Shown piece by piece: positions 26,607-39,979 of a stretch of 64,000 nucleotides of DNA (positions within the stretch are counted from its first letter, which is position 1; each line of letters begins with the position of its first letter). This DNA is from Phoronis australis. Taxonomy: Eukaryota > Animalia > Phoronida. Made by a program: the position numbers and the translations under genes. The notes below the pieces were generated by a model. That model worked only from the letters and a program-made list of their open reading frames with translations. It had not been told where the DNA came from and searched no databases. The stretch spans positions 145,877 to 209,876 of the forward strand of contig NMRA01000632.1 of the NCBI GenBank assembly GCA_002633005.1. Reading direction: 5' to 3'.

Positions 26607-27232
26607 AGAGAGGTTTCGCAAAGCGACGTGAACGCATATAATATTAATTTCCATGTCATACACGCCATTGTTGGCTGTGACGTAATCCCGTTAGTGTTTG
26701 CGTATTTTACGCGAACACAGGGATATTCTCGTCGCTTTAAACGCGAAACTTGTGGTCCCTTTTTAATTCTTATTTGGAAAGACATCGAAACAATTTATAT
26801 TTTGATAGGGTTTTCAAGCTTTCTTCTTTGCTTCAGTATAAAACGAAAGCGATTTTTTGTCTATAAATGGAAAGAAACGGAAGTGAGGCTTGAAATGGAG
26901 ATGGGAGAGGCTAGGTGCAGAACACAGCATGTTGAATCTCATCGCAAAAATTAACTAAAAATTGACTGAATTGAAATTGACTGATTTGTGTTAGATATAA
27001 TGAAAATAAAAGAAGTTGTATTCGCAGAGGGATTGGTAAGTAGTTTGTAATCTAGCCGGTATGTTGCCATAACTGGACACCCTGAGCTCAGTTATTCGGT
27101 TCACGTTTACTTTCACGTTCGCGCAAAAATTAAGCTGTTACGAAACCTATTTTTCATACCGTTACGTGAATAGGCTCGTGCAATTACATATGCGTGATAA
27201 TTCACGTTCACTTCGTTTTGCGAAACCCCTCT
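26607..27232. mobile_element. Non-autonomous DNA transposon (PIF/ISL2EU-like termini)
   Basis: TIR agagaggtttcgcaaagcgacgtgaacg / cgttcacttcgttttgcgaaacccctct, with att on both flanks. Confidence 0.7.
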
Positions 27233-27292
27233 ATTGAAAACTCAATAAACAAGTAGGTCTCTTAGAATCACGAAATTACGTGTGAAATCTAG

Positions 27293-27589
27293 TCGTGGTG
27301 GTGCAGTGGTAAAGCACGCGCGCTCTGTGTGCTAGGTCGTGAGTTTGAAAGTGTGGTAACTGCAGTTTTTCAAGTGTGACACGTTCTTCGTGCTATTTAA
27401 TTCTTGGATAATACTTCAGGAATCAAGGAAAATGCTTGAATTTTAGAGGAAAAAACAGAAAAATTTTCCTGACGGGAGGGGGGTTTGCCTCCCCCCATGC
27501 GGTGCAATGCGCATCTACAATCGTACTTTGCGTAAATGTTTGCAGACAAAAAGTTGGGCCCCCCTTGTGATATCCTAGATCCGCCACTG
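27293..27589. mobile_element. Truncated copy of the 12096-12930 element
   Basis: Colinear similarity to 12642-12930 ending in gatatcctagatccgccactg. Confidence 0.75.
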
Positions 27590-28445
27590 TAATTAGCATT
27601 TAACCAAAACTTTCCCGGTTGCCGGCTCGGCCGCTCTGACGTATCATTAAGTCATCATACAACTGAAGTCATCGGATATGTAGAAGGCCATATAAGCCTA
27701 TAGAGAAATTAAGAAGCACTAGATTTACGAGACCCTCGCGCTGCCAGTCTGCAAATTTCAGGAACAGACAGTGGCTAAATAAAGCTGAGGAGTGAAGGCC
27801 GAAAGAAACTGCGACGAAAGGCTGACACAGAAGTGTAGGGGCCCCGCAGAGATCAAGCTGGCCTTGGCCGTACGGCAGCAGAATTACTGGGCATTGGCAC
27901 CGGCCCTTGTAGCGATATGTCGGACGAAATGGCAAGCGCGACTTTAGATTTAGTCAATTTGCAAGCAATGGCATAATCAGTTTCATATTTTTCCCCGGCC
28001 GCCTGACTTCAAGCCCAGGGCTAGAGGCCTCATAAAAGCGGGCAGCTTCAACTATACGGCCCACGCCATAACAGGCTATTTGTCAAGGCGCTGGTTCTTG
28101 TAAACAATTTTGATTCAAACTGTGGATAAGAATCAACTGCGATTTCTTTGTACGATGATAATTCGCCATGTTTTTGCAGACACATCCTGGATGCCTTCGG
28201 CCGCAGGCCTGATGAGCTGAACCAACCAAATTGCGAATTCAAGTTAAATCCGTGGTTTATTATTTGGGGTTTTCTGGCCGCAACTGGTTGACAGAAAACA
28301 CAAGACAGATACCGACTGGCCTGAAAACCGACGTTGTTTTGTATTCGCCAGTTCGTCGCGATATTTTTATTCAGAAGCTTTCAAAGCTGATTCTCGCTTG
28401 TGTTTAGTCGTTGCCATTAGAGGGCGGTGTAATCGGTGTAAAGTA

Positions 28446-28467
28446 AAACATGGCGCCTCCCATGTAA
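28446..28467 (+). promoter_or_regulatory. YY1-like motif (AACATGGCG) / short uORF upstream of MRPL13
   Basis: aaaacATGGCGCCTCCCATGTAA ends 35 nt upstream of the MRPL13 ATG; YY1-type motifs are common at housekeeping TSSs. Confidence 0.45.
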
Positions 28468-28502
28468 TCGGCACATTCTGAATTTTAGAAAATACTTGGA
28501 TA

Positions 28503-31500
28503 ATGAACCACAGCGCTCATCGCAGGGTTCTGGTAAGCCGACCTTAGCGTTTAATACTTCAACAGCTATCTATTCTCTGGTCGACTTCGGGTGTTTAAGG
28601 TTGCTGTCGATTTGTAATTTTCGCACAATAGATGATGGCTGTCCCCTGGCTTCACCATTTCACACGGTACATAGGCCCTGTAGATACTATAATACAACAG
28701 TCGCTCTCTAATCTATGGAAGCTGGAGACACTATGCAACTAACACGGGTGAGCAACAACATGACCGCCGGTCCTCTAAACAGGACCTTCGGGGATCAAAT
28801 GGGACCGCCTCACCAGAAAATGGGACTGAGGCACCTTTATCCACTGTGTCAGTTTTAGAACAAAATGAAAATTATTTTCTCAAATTTGATGTTATGGTCA
28901 AGTAAACAAAAACGTTTTGGTTCTCGGGTGAAGCATCATCATAACTAGTCTTTGCGTGGCAAAGCTGTACATACTAAAGATACAGCTTTGCGCCGATGTG
29001 AGTAAAAAACTGAACATGACGTAAAATCTTCACCCAGCGAATTAGTGTTATTAATGACACTCTTCCTTGAGTAAACTAAATTATCCATTGGTGCTCAAGA
29101 AAATTTGTCGTTCTGTCGTTATTCTAGTGCTAAAATTGAGATGCGTTCTTTTAGGTCAGCTTACATTGACCGGTTCCTTTTCCCCCCGATTCTTCATTCA
29201 GCTGTTCTTCTCTTCTACGAGGTTGCGTACATGGCGCAACAAATTATCGAAACTGGTTTCATTTCGTTATAAGTTTTTAGTATTTTAAGACCAGTAAACC
29301 GAATTTCAGAACAAACCTTGCTGCTGCGAAGTTGTCATCACCTTCCGAAGAGATGTCACAAAATTTTAGGAAAAAGCGCGTGCACATGTCATGAGCGCGA
29401 CAGACTTTTTGTTACAATAGGTCATTAGATTGTTTTTCACTCAAGCGGCTGCAACCTGCAAGGTGAGTGTTGGTTGACTCCTAGATTTTGCATGTGCCTG
29501 CACCGGCTGCGAGCTCTACATGTTGATGTAAGTTTCACGACGAGGTGACGAGCAGAACTACCCGGGCTGTGGCAAATTTCGGGGATCTAACGAAGCTCAA
29601 TAACGCAGTGCTGCCAAGCTTTATTTTGGCGATAGTCTTTACACAGCTAGCTGACCGGTTACGTCGTAACCTGCAGTATCATACAAAGGCATCAATTGAT
29701 AACTACATGTTCAGTCCCCAGTGGTCCTGTTTTGTGGTGGGGCAGTCCTGTTTTGGGTGAGTCAGTCCGATTTAGAGGACCGGCGGTCATGTTGTTTCTC
29801 ACCCTTGTTTAAGGATGAAAAGGATTCCATGCACGGCACTGCAATTTCATAAAGCCCAGTCCTGGACCAGCAGACACTACACCTCACACCTGTGATACAA
29901 ATCCCCAGAGTCATGCCCCCAAACCACACACACGCACACACACACACACAAAACAAAAATGCTCCTGACCTGGAGAACAAACCCCAGTGTTGGAGACCAT
30001 TCTGGGTGAGGAACCTGGTCCTTGGGCTGGTTTTTGGTCCTGGAATATGGAGTATCTGTGGACCCTGTGTGGAGTTTAGGAGGTTGGGTCTGGGGATTTG
30101 TATCCCAGGTTTGGTGAACACCGGGGTTTAGGGAGTAGTATAACTTAGAATTTAGAAGTGAAGCTATGGAATAATTTCCATCCCCTGGCTAGACCCGTGT
30201 CAAAAAGTTGGGTTATGCCAATGATAGTTTTCTTTCAGCAACTTTTGTAATATCTGAAAACGCAATTTTAGTAAGTGAGTTCTTGTGTTAAGGATAATGT
30301 TTTTCACTCTGCATTCCTCGTGTTACATACTGTTCTTTGCATCCTTCTAAAATAAAGAATCAACAAAATGTGACTTTGAAAACATGATCCTGATATGAAT
30401 TTTCTCTGCTTCCATAGCAATGGGCCACATTTGCCAGAACTTGGCACATTTTTGACGCGAATATGCAATGTCCATTCAAGACAGCCAACCTTCTTATACC
30501 CTATCTACAAGGAAAGAATAAGCCAATCTATGATCCACAAAGTAAGTAATAGATAAAATGAAATGTATTCTTGCTCGTTTAAGCTCACATATAGTTTATT
30601 TTCTCTGTTGTCATTTTTCTACCCAGTTGTGGAAACAACTTTGTTTTCAAATTAGCAGAATACATGCAGTACTACTACAGAAACAGATGGATACCTTAGT
30701 ATGTTGGTTGATACTGTTCTTGCCTGGGTTGTCATCCAGGGTGCGTAACTTGGGGAACTAGAAAATCAGTTGTGGAAGCAAATTTGAGCGTGGCTCTTAA
30801 ATGGAAAGTTTTAGAAGTTGGGTGTGGGCACGTACCAAATGATCATTTGGGTTAATACCCAGGGAGCTCCACTGGCCTCACATGCACAAGTTGAGTAAAT
30901 CATGCAGTGATTGGCTTATCATCCAGAATGTAGTGGCGTGATCCAAATTTTTACACAGCTTATCTGATACAAACATTACACCGTAATGAGCTGTCTATAT
31001 GAATGCTTTTGTCATTTTTTACACACGAGTGCGATAACAGTAGAATGCGCGTGAGCCAAAACAGGAATTTCATGTCTCATTTGGTAAAGAGCAGCAGAGT
31101 GGGTATTTCACTGCTCAAATAAGGCCATGTTCTTCTGAAACTAAACTTATCATAATAACTCAAAGGTAAGTGAGTTGTGACTTTTTGGGAGCTAAAAGGC
31201 TGACTGGACAGGTTGTCACAAAGACACTTATAAAGAAGTCTTGGTCACATAAATTGGGCGAAGCAGGTTAGCCAAGGTCAGTGATTAAAAGGGAAAATTT
31301 GTAAATTTTTGAGATTGACTGTAAACTGATATTAGGCGATGACCCGGGCAAGTACAGTAGCCAAATCAATCCATGTTTTTCCATGTCTATAGGTGATTGT
31401 GGCGACCATGTGGTGGTCATCAACACACGCCACATTGCCATGAGGGACCAGCTGTGGAGAACATGGAAGCACTTTCACCACACCGGGTGAGTACCCATAA

Positions 31501-34500
31501 CATGGGCTTCTAGCTGGTTTGAGATAACAACTAAAGCTTTGGTCAATCATAAGACTACTCAGTTCTTATATCGCATCCAAGGGTTTACCTTAAAAATCGG
31601 CGAAAATTTTAAAAGGCCTTGGTGTTGGCTCTGCTTTCTTCGTCAAGGTGGCGCTATATGAAGTACTATGTCATAAACATGGGAAAGCTTGTAACTGATC
31701 GTAAGAGGATAATGGAATCCAATTGTATCAGAAAAAATAAGCGTATGATGAAATGGGATGAAGGAGGTTACAAGCTTTATCACTTTTATGACGTAGTGCT
31801 TCATATAGCGCCACCTATGCCTAAGAAGAAGGCAGAGTCACCACCAAACCCTTCAAAAACTTCTGCCTTGGGTGTGTTATAAGAACTGAGTAACCTTAAT
31901 CCCTCAAATATCCGGGTAAGACTGTTTGGGGATTTTATCAGTCACTGTGACTGGCTGAAGTGTGTAATACCAGTTAATAGTTTATATAGTTGCAGTTTTT
32001 TGGCATTAGCTCCATTTTCATGTATCCTATAGTTAACTTTTATCCAAACGTTTGACACGGTAAAAAAGAAACTATTATGTTGTTAACATGTGACAACATG
32101 GTCTGTCTAGCGTGTTTCATGGTGAAATTTATTGGTTTTACTTGCATTTCGGTGTGTAGGTACCCTGGTGGTTTCTCGGAAACGCGGGTGTTCAAAGTTC
32201 ACGATCTTGACCCAACCCGGGTACTTTACAAGCAGATCTATGCCACACTGCCTGGGAATCTATGGCGTAAGAAGCACATGGCAAGGTTACATCTGTACCC
32301 TGATCTGGTCAGTGTCATCGACAATTCTTTAAGCTACGTCTCCTCAATCGAATCGTTGTATGTGAATGTTATTACATATGTCCACTGTCTACTTAGTATG
32401 ATTATGGTATGCAGGATCCAAGCTATTTCTATGGAGTATGATTGCTGAATGGGAGCAGTCATGGTTTACCTCAGTGCATAGTATGGTTAAGTTATGGTTC
32501 ATCTCAATGCATAGTATGGTTAAGTTATGGTTCATCTCAATGCATAGTATGGTTAAGTTATGGTTCACCTCAATGCATAGTATGGTTAAGTTATGGTTCG
32601 TCTCAATGCATAGTATTGTTAATAAATCATATTCTGATGCACTTACACCATTGCACATGGTCACATGTCACAAGTAACATTCAGTAATAGGCCAACAATG
32701 TCTCAATAAATCTTATTCATCTCAACCTGAAATATTCTGTCATTTTTATCTATCTACAAAGTTGATGTTGTCATACACAACAATCATATGCGACAGTCAG
32801 GATGGTGTGAACTGAACTATTAGAAGCTATGCTTCCACCTTGGCTTTGTTATATGAAGCCTCAAAATCAACATATAAGTGAGAAAAGCGTATATTTGAGT
32901 GATTTGTTGGTTTGTCCACACACTACTAGTAAATGGAGAACATTTTTATACGCTACCGAAGCATTACTCGTGTATTCAAATGTCAAAGATAGCTTTTCTG
33001 TTAGTGATTCTGAATGACATTGGACAATGGTGTTATGTTGTAAATGATACTGGACAATAGTGTCTGTTGTCAATGGCATTAGACAATAATGTCATGTTGT
33101 TAGTGACTTTAGACAATGATGTTATCTTCAGTTGTCAATGACACTTTACAGTGATTATAAGTTGTCAATCACTTATTTTTCAGGAAGTGCCTGAAGACAT
33201 CCTGAAGAACGTTTCATCACAGATTCCGCAAATTATGGCGGTGCCAAAACGACTCGACGAATACACGGAAGAGCAGATCAAAGACTTTCCTAAAGTTTTT
33301 GACTGGTATGCATCTGTCCAGTTATCAGTTGTGGGAGTTTGTGATAGTAAGCCACATGGCTTGTATTAAATAAATGTTATATTTTTATACACCCACATCT
33401 CTGGTGGTGAATTACGCCATCACCAACATTCATCCATCCAGCGTCCGTTGCTGTATCCCCGAAACCCCTTGTTCATGAAATTTTACAGATATCTTACCAT
33501 GATGATGGATGGCACGGGCGAATTTTTGGATGGATCTGTCTACCAGTGTGCCCCCTAGTAGCAATTTTGTTTTTATGTTTGACTGTGTATCTTTGGAGTT
33601 CTTAACCAAATATTCGACGGCGGACTTTTCTTTACAGTTACAAAAGCCAAAGAATGATATAAAAATGATGTTTAGTGGATTGTTTTTCACTTTAATGGCA
33701 GCAACAGGAAAGGAAAGTTTCGGTTGACTCCCAGATTTTGCATACAGCCAATCGGATTGTCAGCTGTACATGTTGACATTAGTGTCACAGTGAAGTGACA
33801 AGCAGAACTTACCGAATTGGTGTGACATTTCGAGGAGACAGTGTGGCTCTGTGGTTAGAGCTCCGGACTCCTGTTTGGGAGACCTGGGTTCAAATCCTGG
33901 CTTCACTGGCTGACATTCGAGCATTGCACAAAGATGTCTCCTATTCCTCTGAGCTTGGTCGTATTTGTGAACGTGTGCAAGGGAGTGAATGAGAACCTGG
34001 ATATAATGCAAAAGCAATTTTTGGTCTGCGCTCGTATTTTTTTTGTAGATTTCGAGGTCTATGTAAATTTAATACAGCAGCAGTCTGGCAGTATTTCATA
34101 CATCTATTTGCCTGACTAAACATATACCTATACAAGTTCCTTGATGGATCTTCATGCAATTGGTATAATGTTTTTTTATTGATGAGAGTACAGCTGGTGT
34201 GGATCTTAGGTCTGTTTACTTTGGAGTCCCCTAGTAGCAATTTTGTTTTTCTTTATTAAGTTCCTTGATAAATTAAAATATGTGTTGAAATTCCGCTCTA
34301 TTACCGACCATTATATAGTCAGGTAAAATAGTATAAAGTAAAATTACGAACGTTGGTATTAAAATTTAAAAAATATTCCCCGTGTTTGGAGCTGTGTTTT
34401 CATTATTAAGGGTGCAATACAGTCTGACCTTCCTTGATGTCCATGAAATTTGGAAAGTAAGTTTCTGTCACGTAGACAACTGCACAATCAAATGGAGTTG

Positions 34501-35209
34501 ACCTACGTTGTGCCCCCTATTGGTCTTTCTATTGTTTTTATGTCCCTTGTCGTCTGCCTCCCTGTTCTCCAAACTTCTTGACTAATCATGATTAAAGGTG
34601 GCAGGTGTGTTCCCATTGACATTACTTGCAGCCCATAGAGGCTAGTATTGAGTTTACTGGCATTGCGTTTGGTAGAAATGTTTAAAAATATCAGTCATAT
34701 CTTGTATCTGCACTGTTTGTGATGCATGCTGTGGGTGCCTGTCAACACTTTGTTTCACTTTTGTTTTTACTTTGTATTTGTTGTAAATGTATGCTCTTGG
34801 GCGTAGCTACTCAAACATGAAAAAAATAAAATGTCATTTTAATTGTTTTTCTGTTAATACTTTTAGTAGCAAATAAGTTTTCTGCAATTTTTATTACAAC
34901 TGCTGCTAAAACTCCAATTGCATATTCACAAAATGAACAACAACAGTCGCTTGTAAACTGTCAAAATTTTTGTCAACATCAAAGTTTGTGACATGGTTTG
35001 GACATCCTGGACAAAATTAGCTAGCTACGCCCCTGATGCTGATTGGTATAACAACAATTGTTTTGTGCACTTGGTTGTTTGATTTATTTGCACTCATTTT
35101 TTTAATTCCCCTGTTCTATTGTAGGCCTGAAGGTTTTATATTTGACAAAGGACAGTGGGAAGAAGAGAGGCTTAAAAAATTTGACGAAAAATCCGCCCAC
35201 GACTCATAG
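28503..35209 (+). CDS. MRPL13: Mitochondrial large ribosomal subunit protein uL13m (39S L13), 6 exons, 200 aa
   Basis: Exons 28503-28532, 30418-30541, 31393-31486, 32160-32307, 33184-33305, 35125-35209 (603 nt, all GT-AG). Translation includes MNHSAHRRVL-QWATFARTWHIFDA...[28 protein letters not shown]...HHTGYPGGF...LPGNLWRKKHMARLHLYPD...VPKRLDEYTEEQIKDFPKVFDWPEG, matching L13 signatures. Confidence 0.96.
28741..29809. mobile_element. ~1.07-kb non-autonomous DNA transposon in MRPL13 intron 1
   Basis: 39-bp TIR aacacgggtgagcaacaacatgaccgccggtcctctaaa with 2 mismatches; internal ~29420-29585 recurs diverged at ~33678-33832. Confidence 0.8.
29881..30116. mobile_element. MITE
   Basis: TIR acctgtgatacaaatccccaga / tctggggatttgtatcccaggt. 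Confidence 0.7.
31553..31895. mobile_element. Long-TIR MITE, TTAA-type target (Kolobok-like)
   Basis: Extended imperfect inverted arms (tactcagttcttata...aggtggcgctatatgaag...aagcttgtaac and its reverse complement); flanks ataa/ttaa. Confidence 0.75.
32459..32622. repeat. 33-bp minisatellite, ~5 copies (MRPL13 intron 4)
   Basis: Unit ttatggttcatctcaatgcatagtatggttaag. Confidence 0.95.
33013..33170. repeat. Degenerate ~29-30-bp tandem repeat
   Basis: Recurrent aatgaca..ggacaat..tgt..tgttgt units, ~5 copies. Confidence 0.6.
33834..34010 (+). mobile_element. tRNA-derived SINE
   Basis: A-box tggctctgtggttagagc and B-box ggttcaaatcc followed by a non-tRNA body; no complete acceptor stem. Confidence 0.65.
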
Positions 35210-36645
35210 CACATAGAAATCAAAATATTGAATATATGAAATAGGATTAAAAATGAGTCAAAGGCCCCCCCCCCAGACCACTAGCAGAAAGACGAGCAAC
35301 GTTTTCTCTGCAAGTACGGACAGAATTAAAAGTGATGGTCTCATCTGTGATTTTCCAACTTGATGTCACTATGTCAAGATTTTGTTGTGGACATAATGTG
35401 TTTTTATTTATAGAACAAATTCAATCAACGAAAGCTTTCACATTGATGTTGCCAGTTCTCCTCAGTAAGTTGCAGTGAACGAAGTTAAGGTTATATAGCA
35501 CCCCTGATAAATTCTAAATTTGGCGAACTTTTGGACGTCATATTTCAGAAATGACTGATCCGATTCATATCAAACGCTCACATACGGTGCTTTATTTTTC
35601 TCAGACAGCCAAAATTAGTTTAATATAAATGTAAAATTGACATCTCAAAAACATTGTTACAGTTTTCTAAAATAGTATATTCGTTTTCTTTTCATGCAGC
35701 TTTTGAGTTTTATTCATATAAGTCCACTTTGATAGTCCTTCATGCAAAAGTGTAACATTTATAAAACCAATTCCTGGTGGCATATGAAGAACCTTAAATG
35801 TTGTAAATATCAATTGAACGATTACTGTGGTGGATTGTAATATATCAGGAGACATAATCCTTGAAAGATATCGTTACTGGTTGTACATGTATCTAACGAA
35901 AGTGTTCCTGTTCTCGTGGCCTGTTCACAGAATAATAGGAATCGTGCAAACTTGTTGTAGTTTATTTACCACACTTCTCTCGTCGGAAATTCCCAACCTA
36001 ACACTACTGACATCTCATTGACCCTGGCTCCCAGCGGAAGTACCCTTCAGGTGTAGTTTTAGCTCGGCCAATTATTGTGAGCATACTAACTGGCATGTTA
36101 CATTTGTAATGTAAGTAAACCTTGCACAAATTCCCACACGGTTGATGTAGTATTGGCCGAAAATAAGTCTATTAAAGCGCTTGTATAATTTAGATGTTGT
36201 ACAGAGATGAATAAAAGAATGAAAGTCACGTCTGTAAACAGCGTGTAAACTTATCGGAGTGTGTGTTTCGAGGTTACTTTACCCGCTCTCCTGCATCTCG
36301 ACAAAACTGTGTGGTGGCTATCCGTGGGAAATGGTTTGTTCAGTTGCCTTGACCTATCCGTCTGTGCATCTGTTTATAATTGAATTTTGACGATTGTTAG
36401 GTTGCCACCACTAATCAGCCGTGCCAGGGTACCTGAGCGATAGAATGGCTCAGTGTTTTTTTCGAAACCAAAGAATATTAAACGTTGCCGCATGCGAACT
36501 GAAATTCAAACCAGTCGCTGCCGATACTATACAGGTGTTTCAATTTTACTTTATCGCTTTGGAAACAACAGTATTAAGCGCCTTGTCCTTGGCGATGACC
36601 CCGTTCACAAGCCGACATTGAAAGCACACAATAATGATGAGTAAT

Positions 36646-36896
36646 CATGCATGCACCCAGGGGGGGGGGGCTCAAACGAGCCCCCCATTTGGCGAAGAGG
36701 GTAAAAAGGACCGCCTCAGAGAAACAAAAAGTCCGAGAAAACGAGTTAAAAGTCCACTAAAAAGGTACAGACGCACGGTTCACAGACCTGAAGGTGGTAC
36801 CCGGTTTTGGTTAGTCCTCCCGCTTTTTTGTAGCCTCGAAAGGTCCACTTCATCAGAAATTCGAGCCCCCCATATTAAAGGCTGGGTACGCGCATG
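36646..36896. mobile_element. MITE family C copy with 5-bp TSD GTAAT
   Basis: TIR catgcatgcacccag...ctgggtacgcgcatg; GTAAT at 36641-36645 and 36897-36901. Confidence 0.85.
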
Positions 36897-37209
36897 GTAA
36901 TGAAAGAAGTTGTCTGAAGGTATTGGTGAACCTTAATGATAAAGGGGGACATCATAGGTGAGAAAAGTTCTGAGATCAGCCTAAGCGCAGAATCAACTGA
37001 AGCCTGCAATTCTCGCAGTCGCTAGTGGAGCTACATGTAAACCAAGTCGTCCCACTTAAAAGTTGGCGTAGTATCTTAAAGGCCATCACTACGTCCAACC
37101 TTATTATTTTCTGTCTTTTTTACGTTTTGTACCTAATTTTAGTTGCCATGGATCATAAATACATACGTCCAAATATCAATACCTGAAAAGTCCGGTTATT
37201 GGTGAACTT

Positions 37210-37365
37210 TTGGGCCCAGTTGCATAAAAGTTATACGCCGTATAGCAACAATTGCGTCGCTCTATCACGCGTCACGGTTTTATTGTTGAACAATGCACAT
37301 TACGTCATGCAACAATCAAACTTATCCAGCGGATAACTTTTGAAGCTTTATGCAACTCAGCCCTG
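37210..37365. mobile_element. MITE
   Basis: TIR gggcccagttgcataaa / tttatgcaactcagccc. Confidence 0.6.
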
Positions 37366-39979
37366 GTAAACATCGCGGCTTTGTTTCTGCGTTTATGAAA
37401 ACACTACATAACACTTGACCTGGTGGACGCGCAACATTATGTGATCAAGCGACAATCGGGGTCAGCAGGTCACAACGTTACACACACTAAATTTACAAAC
37501 AACCCTGAGTCCTCCAGTGAGCCGGAAACCACCTGAGAACCAGTTAAATTACCATTACAATCTCACGAATCTCGTTTTGTGTGACTATTATGTAATAGCG
37601 TATGGTAATATTTCATACCTACTGAAACACTGAGGTCACAGTTTTTATTATTTCTTTCATTATTAAATAACGATTACGTAATAGTTGAAATTACTTGCGT
37701 CTTTATTTGTTCACATTTGTTTTTTACGTATATCAATTGAGTTGTTTTCGTTAAAACCACAATTACACGTTGTTTGTTATCCTCTTGTACACACAGTTCT
37801 CCAGGAAGTCATTAGGTGGCACTTGCTACAAATTTAAATAGTCACGGTTTTAATGAGACATAGCATCTTTAAAAAACAAACCCATCAAAACTTTAAACGC
37901 TGTTCGTGCAACATTTCGTCACTGATTTGTAGAGATTGTACAGGAATTTTAAAATTGTAACGCGCCAGTAATGGTGGTTTTGGGAAGAAAGTGAGCGACA
38001 TTAGCAACTGTTGTAGAAAATATTTATTGCAAGAAATGGAACGTGCTGATAGCCTTGTAGTCTATTTAGCGGTGCAGTCGCTGGTCTTGATTTCACCGAA
38101 TGTCTGCCAGACAACACTGAGTATTGACATTTCCGGTCGTAAAATCGATATTGTCCATTTAATTTGTAAATTAATCACAGCTTAAAATGCCGATCAGTTA
38201 AAATATGTAGTTGGAAAAACCTTACTTTTGATCGAAGATTTTTTGCTCACGTTGAAAGTTTGCGGTGCACGCGCACAACTTTTCAACATAGATAAATGAC
38301 GATGAGGCGCCAAACATGCTCTTTGCAATCAGTTCACACATGTGAGCCGTGCTGCGCGGATGTACACGTAGCGGCGTAGCCAGTTTTGTCTAGAACGCAC
38401 AAACCATGTCGCACAGCTTCAAAAGTTTTGACAGTTTAAGTGTGGACAGCGTTCATTTTTTTACTATAGGGCCTACTGTTTTTTCCTACACGTTGAATAC
38501 GAGGTGTGCAAGAGTTACGAAAAGTATCCACAGAGAGGTTTAAAAACTGAACTGGCAATTAAAAGCTAAAAAGTTTTTTTCTTTTTTGTCTAAGGCGTGA
38601 GTACGTATTTGCGTGTATGGGGCGATTTGCATGAAACAATACCAAATAAGTACTCTTACAAAACATGTGTACCTTTGTTTACGCACAAGTGTTATTCTTG
38701 TCAATCACTTTATCCTTATCATGAGCTTACGTTTTCTAATAATACATTTGAAAACTGTGCCCAAATTTCTGTGAAAAGTCCTTAAAATGTTAGAGGCGTT
38801 GCGTGAAAAGATTCCTATTTATTATCATGAGAACTGGCAACGTACATGTAAATTTGCCCTCACTGTGTATCCAAGCTAAAACTGACTTGATAATGAAGAT
38901 ACATGTAAATAGCATGAGAAAAACAAACCCTAGTTGCCGTGCACAAGTACACAAATGCGGAGAAAAGTTTAGGAACATGGTTGAGTCACTATTTGGAACT
39001 GTTCCGGCGTCCGTGCACAACGGGACATAAGGGAGCTACGCCCCTGATATGTACAATGTAACAGTTGTGCGTTCACTTGTTGAGCTCAAAACTTGACACT
39101 TGACGAATGGCGAATAGACCTGAATGCGCATGGCTTACGGGTATTTTTGATTTCATGACGGAAAGGTACGTGTGCCATTGGTTGCGTCCTAAATAATGAT
39201 TTAAAATTGTTTTTACCTTCTCGTTAGTATAAAAATGGCTGAATCCTTGTTTTTTGCTATTTGGTTGGTTTAGAATTGATTGGAATTGAAGCTAGACAAG
39301 ATTTCACGAGTTTTCACAGGTTCGAACCTTTCCCACTAACAAGCTGAGATCATTAGCATTTGATTGCCTACGTCTCAAGACTTTTCTGAGGACAACAATT
39401 AAATTCTGTGATTATTGTCAGAGAATGCAAGGACACGCGGGTTTGGGAATACCTTATGCCCGAGTCTTAATATCATAATTCGGTTTAATTGGAATTTCAA
39501 CCGTCATATTTGTTAAACTCTGGTCCTGCAGTTTTAATTGATGTCATTATTTCAACATGTTACTATACACAAACAATTGCATTCAATAGTGATGCTTACA
39601 GGAGAAACTCCTTTAAAGCTGAATTCTTATTTTCTCGGAGGCGAATTTAAATTAGAACAGGGCAGCAGCGTCTCTTGTTTCAAAACCTGTTGCATTCGTT
39701 TTTAGTCTACTTTCGTTTCTTTGCTGGTTGGATATCAGAGCGCGCGTAAGTGACCTGATTAGCTTGGAAATAAAACGGACGAATTAATTATTTGAGACAT
39801 TGTCTGAAGTGTTGTCGGCAGTGAAGCATACTTGCGTAATTAGACTTAATTCTTGTACAAATAACAAGCACATGACTCGGAGCATGGAGAAATTGAAAGC
39901 AGGTCCTCTTGCCAAAATCTGGCAGATGCAAGCGTGAAATTCGTGTGTCGGGCCCGCATTTGGGTTTCTCTCAGCCAAC

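Noticed and set aside
26282-26954. Longest ORFs in the track (213 aa on +, 167 aa on -), overlapping
   Set aside because: Non-ATG starts, no recognisable domain, and both straddle the left TIR of the 26607-27232 transposon
29420-29585. Similar segments in two MRPL13 introns (also ~33678-33832) as possible intronic snoRNAs
   Set aside because: The first copy lies inside a TIR-bounded transposon and no conserved C/D or H/ACA boxes are shared
32389-32687. Repetitive ORFs in three frames; superficially CRISPR-like
   Set aside because: A spacer-less 33-bp minisatellite in an intron; unit length is a multiple of 3 and there are no unique spacers
33834-33910. Possible tRNA gene (also 12643-12690 and 27294-27360)
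   Set aside because: A/B boxes present but no complete cloverleaf or acceptor stem; embedded in repeats
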